From an uncultured Methanosarcinaceae archaeon (GTDB taxonomy: Archaea > Halobacteriota > Methanosarcinia > Methanosarcinales > Methanosarcinaceae), in NCBI GenBank assembly GCA_963833425.1, contig CAWHXP010000007.1, positions 192,001 to 256,000 on the forward strand: a DNA stretch of 64,000 nucleotides, in the 5' to 3' direction. Below, piece by piece: positions 1-12,930 of this stretch (the first letter of the stretch is position 1; every line of letters starts with the position of its first letter). The position numbers were made by a program, and so were the translations under genes. The notes beneath the pieces were generated by a model. That model was not told the origin of the DNA. It saw nothing but the letters and a program-made list of their open reading frames with translations, and did no database searches.

Positions 1-29
1 CTATTCCTCGTGGAAATTCTATTGAAATC

Positions 30-1006
30 CTTCTAATTGATTTCTGTATTTGGCCGATTTTTTTCTTTTCTGGTTTAGTATCTCTTATTTTTAAAGAAAG
101 CTTCCTATATTCTCATAATACTCCTTTTTTTCATTGTCATCATCCGATAGGGATTAGAACTATAATAAAGCACTGTAAACAACATCTTCAGATTCATTTT
201 TTGAACAGAAGTGACAGGAACTTTCCCTTCTTTGAATATTTTTTAGTTATCATATAACTTTTTACACGAAAGATCTTTTAGAGATTATCCGTTTACTTCT
301 CAACATATAATTCATTACTAGATGAGGTTCTTTAGCTATCGTTTTTTTAATTTGCATAACCGTTTGATTTTGCTCAAAAGTATCCTCTGTCTCTGTAAAC
401 CTCTTCATTTCCTTCTGATAGATTTGCCTTAAAATCATGAAGTATGCAATTGTTGTTTAAACTTCTGATCGTCTTATAACCCCTTTCTGTCGTGCTATGA
501 ATTTTAGATTCAAAGTGCGAATTATAATCTGTTCTATTTCAAAACCAGGGCAACTAAGTTGGCTTTGGAACTGTCCCAATATTTGTTCTTCTTTTCAATT
601 CTCAACAATTATCACTCTGAATGATCAAACTGGTGTAATGTCTACGTATATACTCAAGAAAATCAAAAGATTTCCTAAAAAAATTTGATCAATATATTGT
701 TTCTCAAGTTCATATTCTGGAATGACATACCATTGCTGTAGAGCAAAAATTTTAAAAATATCGATGATATCACTTCAGGTACGCTTCAATAAACTGTTTT
801 ATTTAAAAATACGGATTTAAAAAAACGATAAGATATGAATTTAAATCAAATAAGAAATCAATTTCAACAAGTTTGTCACCAACTGGCTGAAGACGTTTGC
901 ATTTTTCTTTGAGAATAAAATCAATCGGATTTATATGAGTATAGATTATTGCTAAGAGATCTAGACTCTTCTATACAAAAAAGTATATAAATTTATCGAA
1001 GTTCTC
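30..1006 (-). mobile_element. Degenerate IS5-family element (transposase pseudogene)
   Basis: The minus strand reads DRGYF (aagtatcctctgtc at 378), and the tract aligns by eye with the better-preserved copy at 23465-24597. It has a terminal motif ttatcgaagttctc at ~993-1006, and many stops and indels. The left boundary is approximate. Confidence 0.75.
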
Positions 1007-1381
1007 TATAATTTACTAAATTTTATAATACTTGTAACTAAAGATACAGTACCAAATTGCAGTAATGGAATGACTTTCTGTCGATTCACAAAGAATTCTT
1101 ACAAAGCCAAATTTTGATATTATTTTTACTCTCTCTTTCTTAAGGTCAAAACTCGATTCGTCTATTTGTAAGTTATTTATTTGATAATACGGATGCTACT
1201 GCAGTATTCTGTCAGATTTGTGAGTCCTATTCTCTTTGCGGTATCAATTAGCTGACTTTGAAAGTAGTATTTCGAAAGTTTTAAGAATATCGTATTTAAT
1301 GTCACTTTGCTTTCAGACAATATTCTTAGAAAGCAAACAATTTAAACCCACACATAATTTATAGATCATTCCGGTGAGTGA

Positions 1382-2743
1382 ATGAAAACCCCATTAAAGT
1401 ACGCTAAAAATCATAAGGACCAGAAAAACCATAGTAAAGAAAAATCTGATCAAAGGGAACCGGCTAGAGTAAATGATAGATTTAAAGAAGATGGGCAAAA
1501 TGCCGTAAGGTTCAAAGCTGAAGAATTTCATCCCACGTTCTGGATCGAAGGAAATAGGAGCTCTTCACTGATTGGAAAAACTATAGTTCTTGGTGTTACG
1601 GGGAGTATTGGAGCAGTCAAGGTAGTTGAACTTGCCAGGGAACTTATCAGAAATGGAGCTAAAGTAAACGCTGTTATGACTGATGCGGCCAGACACATCC
1701 TGCATCCTGATGCTCTACACTATGCTACCGGAAACTCTGTAATTACTGAGATTGGAGGCCGAGTGGAGCATGTGGAATTCTGTGGACTCAAGGGAAGAGC
1801 CGATATTCTTTTGATAGCCCCTGCAACAGCAAATACCATTGGGAAAATAGCATCCGGAATAGATGATACAACCGTCACTTCCTTTGCATCAACAGCTCTT
1901 GGCGCGGGTATACCGCTGATGCTTGTCCCTGCGATGCACGAGTCAATGTATAAGCACCCAGCTTTAGTTGAGAATCTAATAAAACTGAAAACCTGGGGAC
2001 TTTTTATTGTAGGCCCAAAACTGGAAGAAGGCATCGCAAAAATAGCATCAAATGAAGAAATAGTGCTAGAGGTGGAAAGGACTCTTGGAAGAAAGAGTCT
2101 TGAAAACAGAAAGATAATCATCACGAGCGGTTCTACCGCCGAAACTCTAGACCCTATACGCATCCTCACAAACCGAGCCTCAGGGAAAACCGGCAGGGAA
2201 CTTGCTTTTGAAGCTTACCGCAGAGGAGCTGAGGTAACAGTGGTACATCGTGATATGCTGAGCATTGCAGGAATTAGGGAAATTTGGGTAGAAAGCGCTG
2301 CCGAAATGACAGATGCAGTGCTATCAGAACTGAAGAAAGGATATGATGTCCTTATCAGCGAAGCAGCAATTGCAGACTACACAGTTGAGCCTTCTGCAGA
2401 AAAGATAAAGTCAGGAGGAGAACTTGTGTTAAAGATGCAACCGACCCGCAAATTGATAAAAGAATGCCGTGAAAAGTATTCTGATCTCGTGATCATTGGC
2501 TTTAAAGCCGAAACCGGAGTTGGAAGTGGGGAGCTTCTCAGAAGAGCAACTGAAACCCTTGTGGGATCAAAACTGGATCTGATAGCAGCAAATGATGTCG
2601 GAAAAGGTGGAATGGGTACCGAGGAAAATGAACTTTACCTGATCGGAAGAAAAAAAGGTGAGCCTAAGCACATCAGCGGAAGCAAACGGAAACTTGCGGC
2701 TTCGATTATTGAAGAGACCATCGAGCTTTTAAATGACAAATAA
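1382..2743 (+). CDS. coaBC: Bifunctional phosphopantothenoylcysteine decarboxylase / phosphopantothenate-cysteine ligase
   Basis: Motifs LGVTGSIGA, APATANTIGK, PAMHESMY, DPIRILTNRASGKTG, IGFKAET and IAANDV. Confidence 0.95.
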   Translation: MKTPLKYAKNHKDQKNHSKEKSDQREPARVNDRFKEDGQNAVRFKAEEFHPTFWIEGNRSSSLIGKTIVLGVTGSIGAVKVVELARELIRNGAKVNAVMTDAARHILHPDALHYATGNSVITEIGGRVEHVEFCGLKGRADILLIAPATANTIGKIASGIDDTTVTSFASTALGAGIPLMLVPAMHESMYKHPALVENLIKLKTWGLFIVGPKLEEGIAKIASNEEIVLEVERTLGRKSLENRKIIITSGSTAETLDPIRILTNRASGKTGRELAFEAYRRGAEVTVVHRDMLSIAGIREIWVESAAEMTDAVLSELKKGYDVLISEAAIADYTVEPSAEKIKSGGELVLKMQPTRKLIKECREKYSDLVIIGFKAETGVGSGELLRRATETLVGSKLDLIAANDVGKGGMGTEENELYLIGRKKGEPKHISGSKRKLAASIIEETIELLNDK

Positions 2744-2946
2744 TTTTCTAAAATTATGAGCTCATCTTGAAGTTGAAGCGTATTAATTGATAAGCATATT
2801 AGATGCCAAATATGTATTCGATAGGATTAGCTATATCCAAAGATAAAAAGCTGCATTCAATCCTGAATACACCTACAAAATACGATGCATTCTGCAAAAT
2901 GGAACGAATTTTGAAAAATTGATTAAAATTATAATAGGCGTTCTCT

Positions 2947-3849
2947 ATGCACAAATATCAGAGTGGAGGAGCAGACTCTTATGCAAAAGCCTATGCTCCT
3001 GGACATATTACAGGTTTTTTTCAGATTCACGAACATGAAAATCCTCATCTCAAAGGCTCTACAGGCTGTGGAATTGTTCTGAATGGGGGAGTTACCACCG
3101 AGGTCAATGTTGGGGAATCGGTAGAGAAGACGGAGATATTCCTCAATGGTAAGAAGGTTGAAGGCAGAACAACCCGCACAGTCGCAGAGATGATTACTGA
3201 TTTACCTGTAAGGATTAAGAGCTGGGCAGAAATTCCGATTGGATGTGGATTTGGAGCTTCAGGTGCAGGAGCCCTAGGAACGGCTTATTCTCTTAATGAG
3301 GCGCTTTCCCTGAACCAGACAACAAAAAGCCTGGTTGAATATGCTCACGTAGCAGAAGTTCTCAATTGCAGCGGACTTGGAGACGTTACCGGCCAATCGA
3401 GTGGCGGACTGGTCATTAGAATACAACCTGGAGGATCAAAATTTGGACTTGTGGACAGTATCCCGGTTCCAGAATCCAGAGTTTATTGCATTGTGCTCGG
3501 CGAGATCTCCACGAATTCTGTCCTGAATGACAGGGCTACAGCTGAGAAAATTAATTATGCGGGAAAAGTCGCAATGTCAGAGCTGCTTAAAAAACCTACT
3601 CTTGAAAATTTTATGTACCAAGCAAAGGAGTTTGCTAGTAAAACCGGTCTTATGAGCAGCAGGGCAAAGGATATCATTGAAGTTACAAACGCAAACGGAT
3701 GGATGGCTTCTCAAGCAATGTTTGGGGATACAGTTTTTGTGATTGCCCCTCAATGCCAAGAATTTATTATTTATGAAGTCCTCCAGGAATTCGGACAGGT
3801 GTTGGAATATAGCATCAGCACGTGTGTTCCCAAATTAATGCGTGATTGA
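2947..3849 (+). CDS. pok: Pantoate kinase (GHMP family)
   Basis: APGHITGFF, the GHMP loop PIGCGFGASGA and SGLGDV; lies between coaBC and pps. Confidence 0.9.
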   Translation: MHKYQSGGADSYAKAYAPGHITGFFQIHEHENPHLKGSTGCGIVLNGGVTTEVNVGESVEKTEIFLNGKKVEGRTTRTVAEMITDLPVRIKSWAEIPIGCGFGASGAGALGTAYSLNEALSLNQTTKSLVEYAHVAEVLNCSGLGDVTGQSSGGLVIRIQPGGSKFGLVDSIPVPESRVYCIVLGEISTNSVLNDRATAEKINYAGKVAMSELLKKPTLENFMYQAKEFASKTGLMSSRAKDIIEVTNANGWMASQAMFGDTVFVIAPQCQEFIIYEVLQEFGQVLEYSISTCVPKLMRD

Positions 3850-4264
3850 TCCTTAGGGTAAAAACCCAATTATTTCTTGAATATTAGGCAGAAAAGTCCA
3901 AAGACAATTTCGATAAATCCCTTGTTTTCACGAATTATTTAATATTATTTATAATCATAGAACAAAATTTTGTGTTATATCTATTTCTCCAAAATTTACA
4001 TCAGAGCTCACAAAGCTCACATAAATTTAAAATTAAAAAAGTAGTTGTATTGATAAAATTATTCAGATTATCTTTCAAAGTCTATCTAGGTATAATTCGA
4101 TTATTTAAAAAAATATAATAAGGCAGTGATAATAACAGATATTCCCTAGATTAACACAAAACGCAGAGCACCAACTTTCTGCAAAATCACAATATATAGA
4201 CAGAAAGCACTAAACAGAATAAATGATAGAAATTAAGCTAACAAGCAAAAAGTAGGCAACATAC

Positions 4265-5026
4265 ATGACCGAAATACCTAAAGACCACCCAAGATACGAG
4301 TCCCTGCTAGCCCGTGAAAAAGTTGTAGCTGGGGTAAAATTGGGAATTACAAGCATTCAAGGACTGATTTCACAGGGCAGAGGCGAAAGCTTTGATTACC
4401 TTATAGGCGAGCGGAGCACAGAGTCTGCCCTGTATGCTGAGAGGGCAGCAGTTGCTGCTATTCTTTTAGCAAAGAAACCCGTGATTTCCATAAATGGTAA
4501 CGTCGCAGCCTTAGCTCCTGAAAGAGTGGTTTCTCTAGCAGACATTACAGGGGCAAAGATTGAAGTGAATCTTTTTCACAGGACTGAAGCAAGGGTACAC
4601 CTTATAATAGAGCAAATGAAAGCAAACGGAGCTGGGGAAGTTCTCGGGAAAAATCCAGATGCAAGCCTTGAGCTCTCCAGTGGCAGACGACTGGTAGCGA
4701 GAAAGGGGATCTATACCGCAGATGTCGTGCTTGTTCCGCTAGAAGATGGAGACCGTTGTGAAAAATTAATAAAAATGGGCAAAACTGTAATTACAATTGA
4801 CCTAAATCCCCTTTCCAGAACCTCCAGAACAGCTACTATATCCATTGTTGATGACCTTATCCGAGCTCTTGATAACATGGTCAGATTTGGAAGAGAGATG
4901 AAACAAGAAAAGAAAGAAGAGCTTGTGAAATTAATTATGACCTATGAAAATAAAAGAGTCCTCACGGAGGCAATTTCTGAAATTCAGGAGCATCTAAAAA
5001 TCATAATTGCCGAAATTGGATACTGA
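4265..5026 (+). CDS. pps: 4-phosphopantoate--beta-alanine ligase (phosphopantothenate synthetase)
   Basis: HPRYESL, GRGESFDYLIGE, VPLEDGDR and IDLNPLSRT. Confidence 0.93.
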   Translation: MTEIPKDHPRYESLLAREKVVAGVKLGITSIQGLISQGRGESFDYLIGERSTESALYAERAAVAAILLAKKPVISINGNVAALAPERVVSLADITGAKIEVNLFHRTEARVHLIIEQMKANGAGEVLGKNPDASLELSSGRRLVARKGIYTADVVLVPLEDGDRCEKLIKMGKTVITIDLNPLSRTSRTATISIVDDLIRALDNMVRFGREMKQEKKEELVKLIMTYENKRVLTEAISEIQEHLKIIIAEIGY

Positions 5027-5269
5027 AAATGGTTATTATGTAAAAAAAGGACATATATTACATTTATTCTTGATTATTTATTAAGTACTTAAACCAATCG
5101 ATGAGTACCGGGATTTGATGATATTGTTTTGTGAACAAATCAAAGTTGGTAGTGAACTTTGCTAAAGCGACGGCAACGCCTTATACCTCTTATTTTCAAA
5201 TAAAGGCATCAATTTGGCTTTGTAACTGTTTTCATATTTTCCTTTTATTCACAGAAATCAATAATCTTC

Positions 5270-5660
5270 TCTCTAATGATCAAACTGCGATATCGTTTTT
5301 ATGCATTAAGGAAAACAATGAATTTTCCTGAAAGGGATTAGATCAATGCATTATTTTCTCAAGTCCAAAGCCTTGAAGACCACGCCATTGTGGCAAAACG
5401 AGAATTTTAAACATAATGATGACGTAAGTTTCAATTCGGTATTTTGAAACTGGTTTGTTGAAAAAACACGGACTTAGAAATAATACTAAAAGATTTTCAA
5501 CAATTAGGTAATTAATTTCAGCAAGTTTGTCTCAAACTGACTGAAAAAATTTTATTGTTCTTTAGAGCCAAAATCAGTCTGATTTTTCATGAGTAAGGAT
5601 CAATGTTACAAAATTTAAATTTCCCAATACTCAAATTGTTATATGCTTGCCGAAACTCTC
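5270..5660 (-). mobile_element. IS5-family remnant (5' part of transposase plus one end)
   Basis: Similar to 24250-24597 (ttttctcaag..ccattgt..ttttaaa; atttcagcaagtttgtc..aaaatcagtc..ttttcatga). It ends in the motif ccgaaactctc. Confidence 0.65.
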
Positions 5661-5785
5661 GATACTTAATTTTCTATTAAAAAATTATGATTTGGATACC
5701 ATAATTACGGTGAAATAGTTTCCGGATCAGATTTCACCAAATTTCTCCTAAAATTCTGGAATCATGTTTTTTGCACGCTTTGAAT

Positions 5786-6384
5786 TTATTTGAAGTTCTT
5801 ATCGATTTTCTCCCAGTCGACTATATTAAAGAAAACATCTCTGAATTTGCCTCTGTCATTCTTGTAGTCAATGTAGTAGGCGTGCTCCCATACGTCTAGA
5901 ACCATTAGAATTGGAAAATTTGGGATTATATTTACGTTGTTCTTTTCTATCTGCATGATTCCGAATTTTTTAGTACTTTTGCAAAAGGTTAATACCGCCC
6001 AACTGGAACCTTCAGCAATTTAAGCGACCTGAATAAACTTCTTTTTAAACAGTTAAAAATTTCCAAAATCTTCTTTGATCACTTCAGACAATTCGCCGAC
6101 TGGTTCTCCGTTGGAATTATTTGCAGAAATCATCTCCTACTAAAAATAATCATGAAGTACATGTCCTCCCAAATTAAAGCCAATACTTTTGCATTTGCCT
6201 TGTAATCAAAATTAGTTCCTTATGCTCCTGCTTTGTTCATTATTTACAAAATTGAATTCACATTAGTCACATAAACCTGATGGTGTTTGTCATGGTGAAT
6301 TCGCAACTGTTCCTCCGAAATATAAGGTTCCAATTCTGCATATCCATATTTCAAACTAGGTAATGTATACATTTATTTGGCCAT
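5786..6384 (-). pseudogene. sod: Fe/Mn superoxide dismutase pseudogene
   Basis: Manual translation gives [28 protein letters not shown] and VLDVWEHAYYID. It has TAA at codon 4, an internal TAA, a TAG TAG pair and a frameshift. Confidence 0.92.
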
Positions 6385-7576
6385 ATTTATCCCATTTTCT
6401 TAATTAATTTTATTTACAAAATTTGTTCGATAACCTGATTATGTACATTCCAACTTAATAAATAAATTTTCAAATCCTAAGAACAAATTTTCCCCTTAAG
6501 ATTTTTAAAAAACGTGTCTTTAAATCCACTCTGAGCTTTATCAATAAGATAAATATCTAAATACCGCGTGGCAATCCTGATGTAAAATAAAGTTATACAT
6601 CAAACATATTTAATGGTAAAAGGTAAAGCAGTATTTCTAAATCTCGTCGGTCTCGGAATAGTTCCACAATTCATAGGTGCCGGATAAAATCATTTGAAGT
6701 AATAAAATCATTGATAATGGCAATGAAAAATTACTATGCTTCTAAATTTCTAAATGGTGTCTATTCCCTGTCAATTCCATATTTTATTTTTATCCTGACT
6801 CATTACATTTTCTTTGATTTTTTTTTACTACATCTTTTTGCTTTTATATAAAAAAACAAAAATATATTTGTTCAGCATTGCACAGCACTTTTGAGTTTTA
6901 GATCCGTTTATTTTCTGCTAGTATCCCACCTTAATTTATAGTTGAGATTTCAGGGATATGTACCCAGAAGCTAGTAAAATCAAGTAGCAGAAGATCTCAA
7001 CAGGTAAATAAATTATCATTATCTAGACAAATGTAATCGAACCAACTCCTTTCACTTTAAGATGATGATTTCACTCTACCTATACAAAAAAACAAACAAA
7101 GATGGAAGAAAGATATTTTTTTCCAAAAATAAGATTTATCAATATTGTTTCATCGACAATCAGGTAACTTTGTATTATATGTTGCGAATTTCTTTGCTTC
7201 AGCCCGTAGTGGTTATGAATCTGAAAGTTTATTTTGAAGAAGATAAGCAAAAAAAATTATGCGGTGAGCATTGATTTATAGTAGCATAACAGCGAAAAGA
7301 TTAGATGAATCAAAAAAATATAGATACATGAATAATAAAATTAATGTAACCAAAGTCAGTAAATTTTGGCAAATTATAGACATGAATTTAACTATTCAGA
7401 TAATCTTAGTATGAATAATTGTATTTCAATTGAATTTAAGCTTGCAAAATTCAAATGCGTAAATTATAGTGAAAATGAATCCCAAATGAAGACAAAATAA
7501 TTTCCTCGAATTGCAGAACTGCTAAATAGAAATAGAACACGTGTAAATTCCAAAAAGGACGAAAACAGGAGTAAAC

Positions 7577-9046
7577 ATGTGCGGAATAGCAGGAGCTACC
7601 GGAACTCCTGATACGAATATTAAAGTTAAAAAAATGCTCGTAGCTCTGGAACACAGGGGACCTGATGCCTGCGGAATTTATCAGGCAGAAAATCTGAGTA
7701 TAGGGAATACTTTGCTTAAAATTACAGGAGATATGCCCCAGCCTTTGGCAGGAAAAGGAGCTCTCGTAATCAATGGAGAAATATTCAATTTCAGAGAACT
7801 CGCATATGAATCAGGAATAAGAACAAATTCTGACACTGAAGCGCTTTTTTCCCTGATAGAAACCCGAATTAGTGAGGGATGTATACCGATAGATGCTGTC
7901 TTTTCTGTACTTTCCTCAGTAAACGGAGACTATGCTTTAGCATATGCCTGTGATAACGAACTTGTATTGGCCGAGACCCTGTAGGTGTCAAGCCTCTTTT
8001 TTATTCCACCAAAAAAAGAAAAGAAAAACGAAAAATAATTTTCGCATCCGAAAAAAAGGCTTTGTTTGCTGCAGGAAGAGAAATAAAAGATTTGCCCCCC
8101 GGCAAAATCCTGAGTTTTAATATGAAGAACGGAAGTTTTAAAGAGCGGTCCATCAAAATAAAGCAGCCTCAAAAACGAATCTATGATGAATTTGAAGCTG
8201 TTTTTCATCTGAAGGCTGTCATTGAAAAGGCCTTGGAACTTCGGCTTACATCAACTTCAGGAATTGCATTTTCCGGTGGTATTGACAGCACATTTTTAGC
8301 AGTACTTGCAAAAAGAATTAATCCGGCTACTCTCTCTTTATACTGTAGGGGTTACCCGATTCCCATGATATTACACAGGCTAGAGAAAGCTGCTGAAGCT
8401 ATTGGTATGAAGGATTCTCTGAGAATACATCTCTTGTCTGTCAAAGAAATCGAAACCTTAGTTCCGCAGATTATTCGTGCAACTGAATCCGTTGACCCTA
8501 TGAAAATTGCAATCGGAATTCCTCTATACGTTGTTGCGAAAATTGCGAGAGAAATGGAAAGAGGGTAATCCTTACAGGGCAGGGTGCGGATGAGCTTTTC
8601 GGCGGGTACAGGAGGCATGAGGTTTTCCTTGAACAGGGATCTGAAGTGATTGATAGAGAAATTTATTCTGATATTAAAAAAATTTCAGTGGTCAATCTTG
8701 AAAGGGATGATATGGTTACTATGGCTAACTCTGTAGAGCTCAGAGTACCTTTTCTAGATAAGGATGTAATTAAAATAGGCCTATGCTATCATTCCAGAGC
8801 TAAAAGTGCTGAAAAAGGGCGGCTTGTATATAAGGAAATATATTCTCAGAAAAACAGCAGAGGATCTCCTACAACCGGAACTTCTCTGGAAAGAAAAGAA
8901 AGCAATTCAGTATGGGACAGGAGTTCAAAAAATACTCAATAAGCTTGCCAGAGAAGCAGATTTTTCGCAAAGAGGATGAAAAGCATATTGAAAAGTATCT
9001 AAGGAAGATTGCTTTAGAAAAAGGATTTGAGTTCATAAATTACTGA
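7577..9046 (+). CDS. asnB: Asparagine synthetase B (glutamine-hydrolysing), split by several frameshifts
   Basis: N-terminal MCGIAG, HRGPD, NGEIFNF, FSGGIDS, GQGADELFGGY (off-frame at ~8577) and VELRVPFLD, spread over ORFs starting at 7577, 8062 and 8646. Confidence 0.88.
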
Positions 9047-9283
9047 GAGTAGATACCAAGAGATAGAACGCAAAAATCAAAATCAAATTAGAAAAATAAC
9101 TCATAAAAATTGATTATTTTTTCCTTATTTCTTTTTAAAGCTAATTTATAGCCTAGAATATAAAATAGAGAATCCAGTATACAATCAAAGTAATATTAGA
9201 TAACTAAGATAAATATTTATAGTAAGTATAACGTACTTATATTGAAGTAAAAACGTAAAAAAACTTTACAGTGGGGGAAAAAC

Positions 9284-9691
9284 ATGAAAATTAGAGTAGT
9301 CAGTTCTAGAGAAGAAATATTCACACTTAACCCTAATGAACGTATTGTTCACATGGCTTTTAGGCCTTCGAACAAGGACATATTTGGATTGATCGAAACC
9401 TGCCCAAAAGTTGAGGTGATTCAATTACCTAAATCTTACATGAGCACAGTCTCAAAGTCCATTTTGATGTTTCTTGGGATGCAGAGAATAAGACTTATCG
9501 AAGGTGACGTATGGGGTCACAGGAAGGACATTAATGAATATTACAGCATACCCTCCTCAGTGGTTGAAAAAATACGGATGATGAAAAATGAAGGTAAATC
9601 TACTGAAGATATTGAAACAAAGATATCGAGGGAGAGAAAGCTGAGCCCTGAGATGGTTGCATATATATTGACAAAGGAAACTGCTGCCTGA
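9284..9691 (+). CDS. DUF1699 family protein
   Basis: MKIRVVSSREEI..AFRPSNKD..GDVWGHRKDINEYY, a recognisable Methanosarcinales family. Confidence 0.85.
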   Translation: MKIRVVSSREEIFTLNPNERIVHMAFRPSNKDIFGLIETCPKVEVIQLPKSYMSTVSKSILMFLGMQRIRLIEGDVWGHRKDINEYYSIPSSVVEKIRMMKNEGKSTEDIETKISRERKLSPEMVAYILTKETAA

Positions 9692-10374
9692 ATTCGTAAA
9701 GGACGAAACTTACTTCCAATTATACTATTTAATTTTTTTGAGGGTTTGGCAGTATAAATAAGGTGTTGAATCCTCCAAAAATTAATTTTTGTCCCGAATC
9801 TTTAGTTTGATCTTATCTTTTTGATGAATTGCGTAGTTAAATCGAGGAATGAACTTATGTATTAAATTTACAGTTAACTTGTTAGTTAAATAGCTATTGA
9901 AAAAACAGTTACAAATCTTTTTCCCTGATAAATTCCCTTATACTTGTACTTAGTAGTCTTTTTATGCATGGCAATTGCACCAATAATCTACTTTTAAGGG
10001 GATTTTAGTGGTGATTTTAACCCAAATTTGACAAATTTCACTAATTAAAATAGTTTTTTATTACGAAAACACAGAAGAGTGCCGATTTTTAAGAAGATCG
10101 CAAATCTCGAGAAGTTGATGAGAAGAAAATTCCGCACATAGGAAAAAATTTTAGACAGCATGAAAACATTTAATTCCCAAGTTACAGCAAATTCGAGATA
10201 TGTGAAAACTCATCATGTATTGTACTATTGATGACCTCTTTAGTGCAGGGTCCAGAATCCTCCATACTTTAGAGGGGGATCACATAAAATATCAACTATT
10301 TTTGTATCCTTCTAACCCTCTCAGTTATGACTCCTTTGTAAAATGGGTTTGTTTTTAGCGTCATTCCAGAGGTA

Positions 10375-10930
10375 GTGCCGCTTCCCTCTGGCGGGGATGT
10401 GAACATTCATTGGAACTGAACAACTTTAGTCATGATTATTATCAGATTATCAATCATCTAGTGTTGATGCCTATAGATTATAGATGCATTATGTTCCACA
10501 AAAATCGAATTAAAAAAGATCGCTAGTCCATCTTTACCACTATTTGCATATATCCAGGTTACAAAATTCATGGTACGAAAGTGGTAGATATAGCGCTCAC
10601 CTATTCCTGGAGTTCCATCCAAGCAACTCTCATCAAAGGCAGTTCAATACTTGAAAGGAGGTGATTCATATAGATTTTTAAGCTTCATCATTAACTGAAA
10701 AAAATAAATTGTGATGGAAGTCTATGATCAAGTGTTAATTTTTTTATCTTTAGAAATGCGACAACTGATACGATAAAACACTACATCAGTTATCTTAGAG
10801 GAAACCGGAAGAAGATTTTGAATCGTCTAGATCAAAGAAAGGTGGTCAAAATATGAATCAATGATTTCTGAGTTTCGACAAACTGAGTAGGGCAACTCTA
10901 AGCATATCCCACCATTTAGGGTAGAATGAA
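10375..10930 (+). mobile_element. tnpA: IS200/IS605 element with decayed tnpA (HUH/Y1 transposase)
   Basis: Fragments HLFLEFHPS..KAVQYLKGG..TTDTIKHYI, flanked by GC hairpin-like ends at ~10378-10405 and ~10900-10928. It has multiple stops and indels. Confidence 0.75.
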
Positions 10931-11483
10931 CACAAGTAATTTGATTTATCGGTCATGTCCATGAGACATTGAAAATTGTAGATGTCAGAATCTCATTACA
11001 TCCTCCAAAAAATTTGAATTATGCTAGTTTTTCAAATTTGATAAGTGAAAAATATAACCGATTTTTAGAAAATTTTTTTCTACTATTTCATCTTTTCTCC
11101 TGTCCATACCTCTTGTCAATTTAATTTTTCTGAGTTTTAATTTTTTTAGGAAATATTTTTCTTTGCATACTAGTCTCAGGTAAGAAGGGGCAAAATATAG
11201 ATAAAGAAACAAGACATGATAAGAAGTGAGTAATAATATGTTTGGCGGAGAATTAATGTTAAATTAAATATAATTACTTAACCCCTAAACAGGTATATTC
11301 ATGTTTGCTTCGAATTGTTTAAAATACGTAATTCTCAAACCATTCAAAACGAAAAAAACACAATCTAGCCAATAATTGAAGAAAATGAGCTTAAAAAACT
11401 TTCCATAACAATAAGAATAACTTAAATGGCTATGATGTTATTTTATCAATTTTAAATAGTTTCAATAAAATTGATTAATTTAT

Positions 11484-11720
11484 ATGCGAGATGATTCCGT
11501 GAAAACCTATCTTCTAGTCTGGTTCAGCAGTGAAGGAGCTTGTCCATCAGAGATCAACCGAAGGATGATGTCTCTGGGTTTCGAACCAATGCAAGGCACC
11601 TATGACTTTGTATATAACTGGAATAGCAACTTTAGTATCGACAAAGTTCTCGAGTTCGGGGACAAAGTATACCTTAGCCTTCAGGGTACAGGTGTCATGT
11701 TCAAAATTGAGACAATGTGA
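11484..11720 (+). CDS. Small conserved hypothetical protein (start may be GTG at 11499)
   Basis: Clean ORF KTYLLVWFSSEG..GTYDFVYNW..FKIET, resembling a methanogen-conserved small protein. Confidence 0.7.
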   Translation: MRDDSVKTYLLVWFSSEGACPSEINRRMMSLGFEPMQGTYDFVYNWNSNFSIDKVLEFGDKVYLSLQGTGVMFKIETM

Positions 11721-11769
11721 AATGATAGAAATCGCAAAAAAGAGTCATGATGCATCAATTAGCTAGGTC

Positions 11770-12930
11770 TATGTCGGAATTTAGGCAACAAATGATTTCT
11801 TTCATGGGATTTCAATTATTGAGTGTGATACTGAGATCGTCCTTTAATCAGCATCCTTACTTGTAAATATTCCAGTTCATTTTCTATTAATGGACATGCA
11901 TTCTCTTCATTAACGCAACAATTTCAAGGTGAGTTTCATTATATAACTGGTCTCTATTCCATTACATTAATACTATCACATTGATCCATACTTCAGCAGC
12001 ATTGATTGTGTATGTCTAGGAGTTTAAAGAAATTCTATTTTATCCGAAATCTATTTTGCTTCATCTTCACCTAATGTTTCGTAAAATAATTTTCCTTGTG
12101 GATACTAAGAGGATTTTGATATACTCATTTTTTAGCTGGTTGCTTATAAAGCCTATATCTAGAGATATGTTGAAATCTGATGTTTATAAAAATTCTTACA
12201 ATTATCTATAATCAATCGTATGAGTTAGACTTTAGATATTTTCCAATATCTAGAAAATTCACGCATTGTGCAAAATCTGCCATGAATCTTTTTTGTATCT
12301 GAGTCACCCTTTTTCTCACTTTGATCCTAATGGAGTGGATATATTTGCTGTTCTACTCATGATATATTCATAATCTTATTTTTCTGAGTTTATAGGCTTC
12401 ATAGGGATGGTCCTTCATCTTATCCTTAAGAAGTTGCTTTGGTCCCTCTTCAAGGCAGAGCAAGGAATTTTGGTGTTTATTTTTGTTCATATGGCCAATA
12501 ATGCTGTGCATCTGTTTTGCATTTAGGATAGTTGTCCTAATATACCATATAAATCTCAACCATATTAGTTTGAACGTTTGTTTATTCCTTTTTTCATATC
12601 CAGTAACATAAGCCTGATTATCAAATAGCCGTAATTTTAATGTTATTATTCTACAAAATTTTTCCTCTATTTTTCCAGTTAAGAGTGTAAACTTTATTTA
12701 TAATAGTGCTTTTAACCAAGATAACAGGAAATTTTAATGCTATTATTTCTAAAACAGTATTTCTTAAGAATCAATGTTTTCATCGACTACGTACCACTTT
12801 ATACCTCTTTGATATGGTTATCAGTAGCAGGATATTGAATCTGGTTAGTGATCTTGTTCTTTCAGATCTCTCTAAGAAAGTCCATTAGAAAATTTACATC
12901 AACAGTTTCAATCTTAATTTCAAAAATGAA
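11770..12930 (-). mobile_element. IS630-family transposase remnant
   Basis: Minus-strand fragments RSLTRFNILLL (HTH part), LCLEEGPKQLL, DYEYIMSRTANI, TPRH..INAAEVWINV and FTSKDAD match the IS630 pattern. It is heavily degraded. Confidence 0.7.

Noticed and set aside
6135..6145. TAG TAG in sod as pyrrolysine read-through or TAG recoding
   Set aside because: The gene also has TAA stops and a frameshift, and several intact genes (rio2, both gmd copies, GT2, AT3) end normally at TAG.
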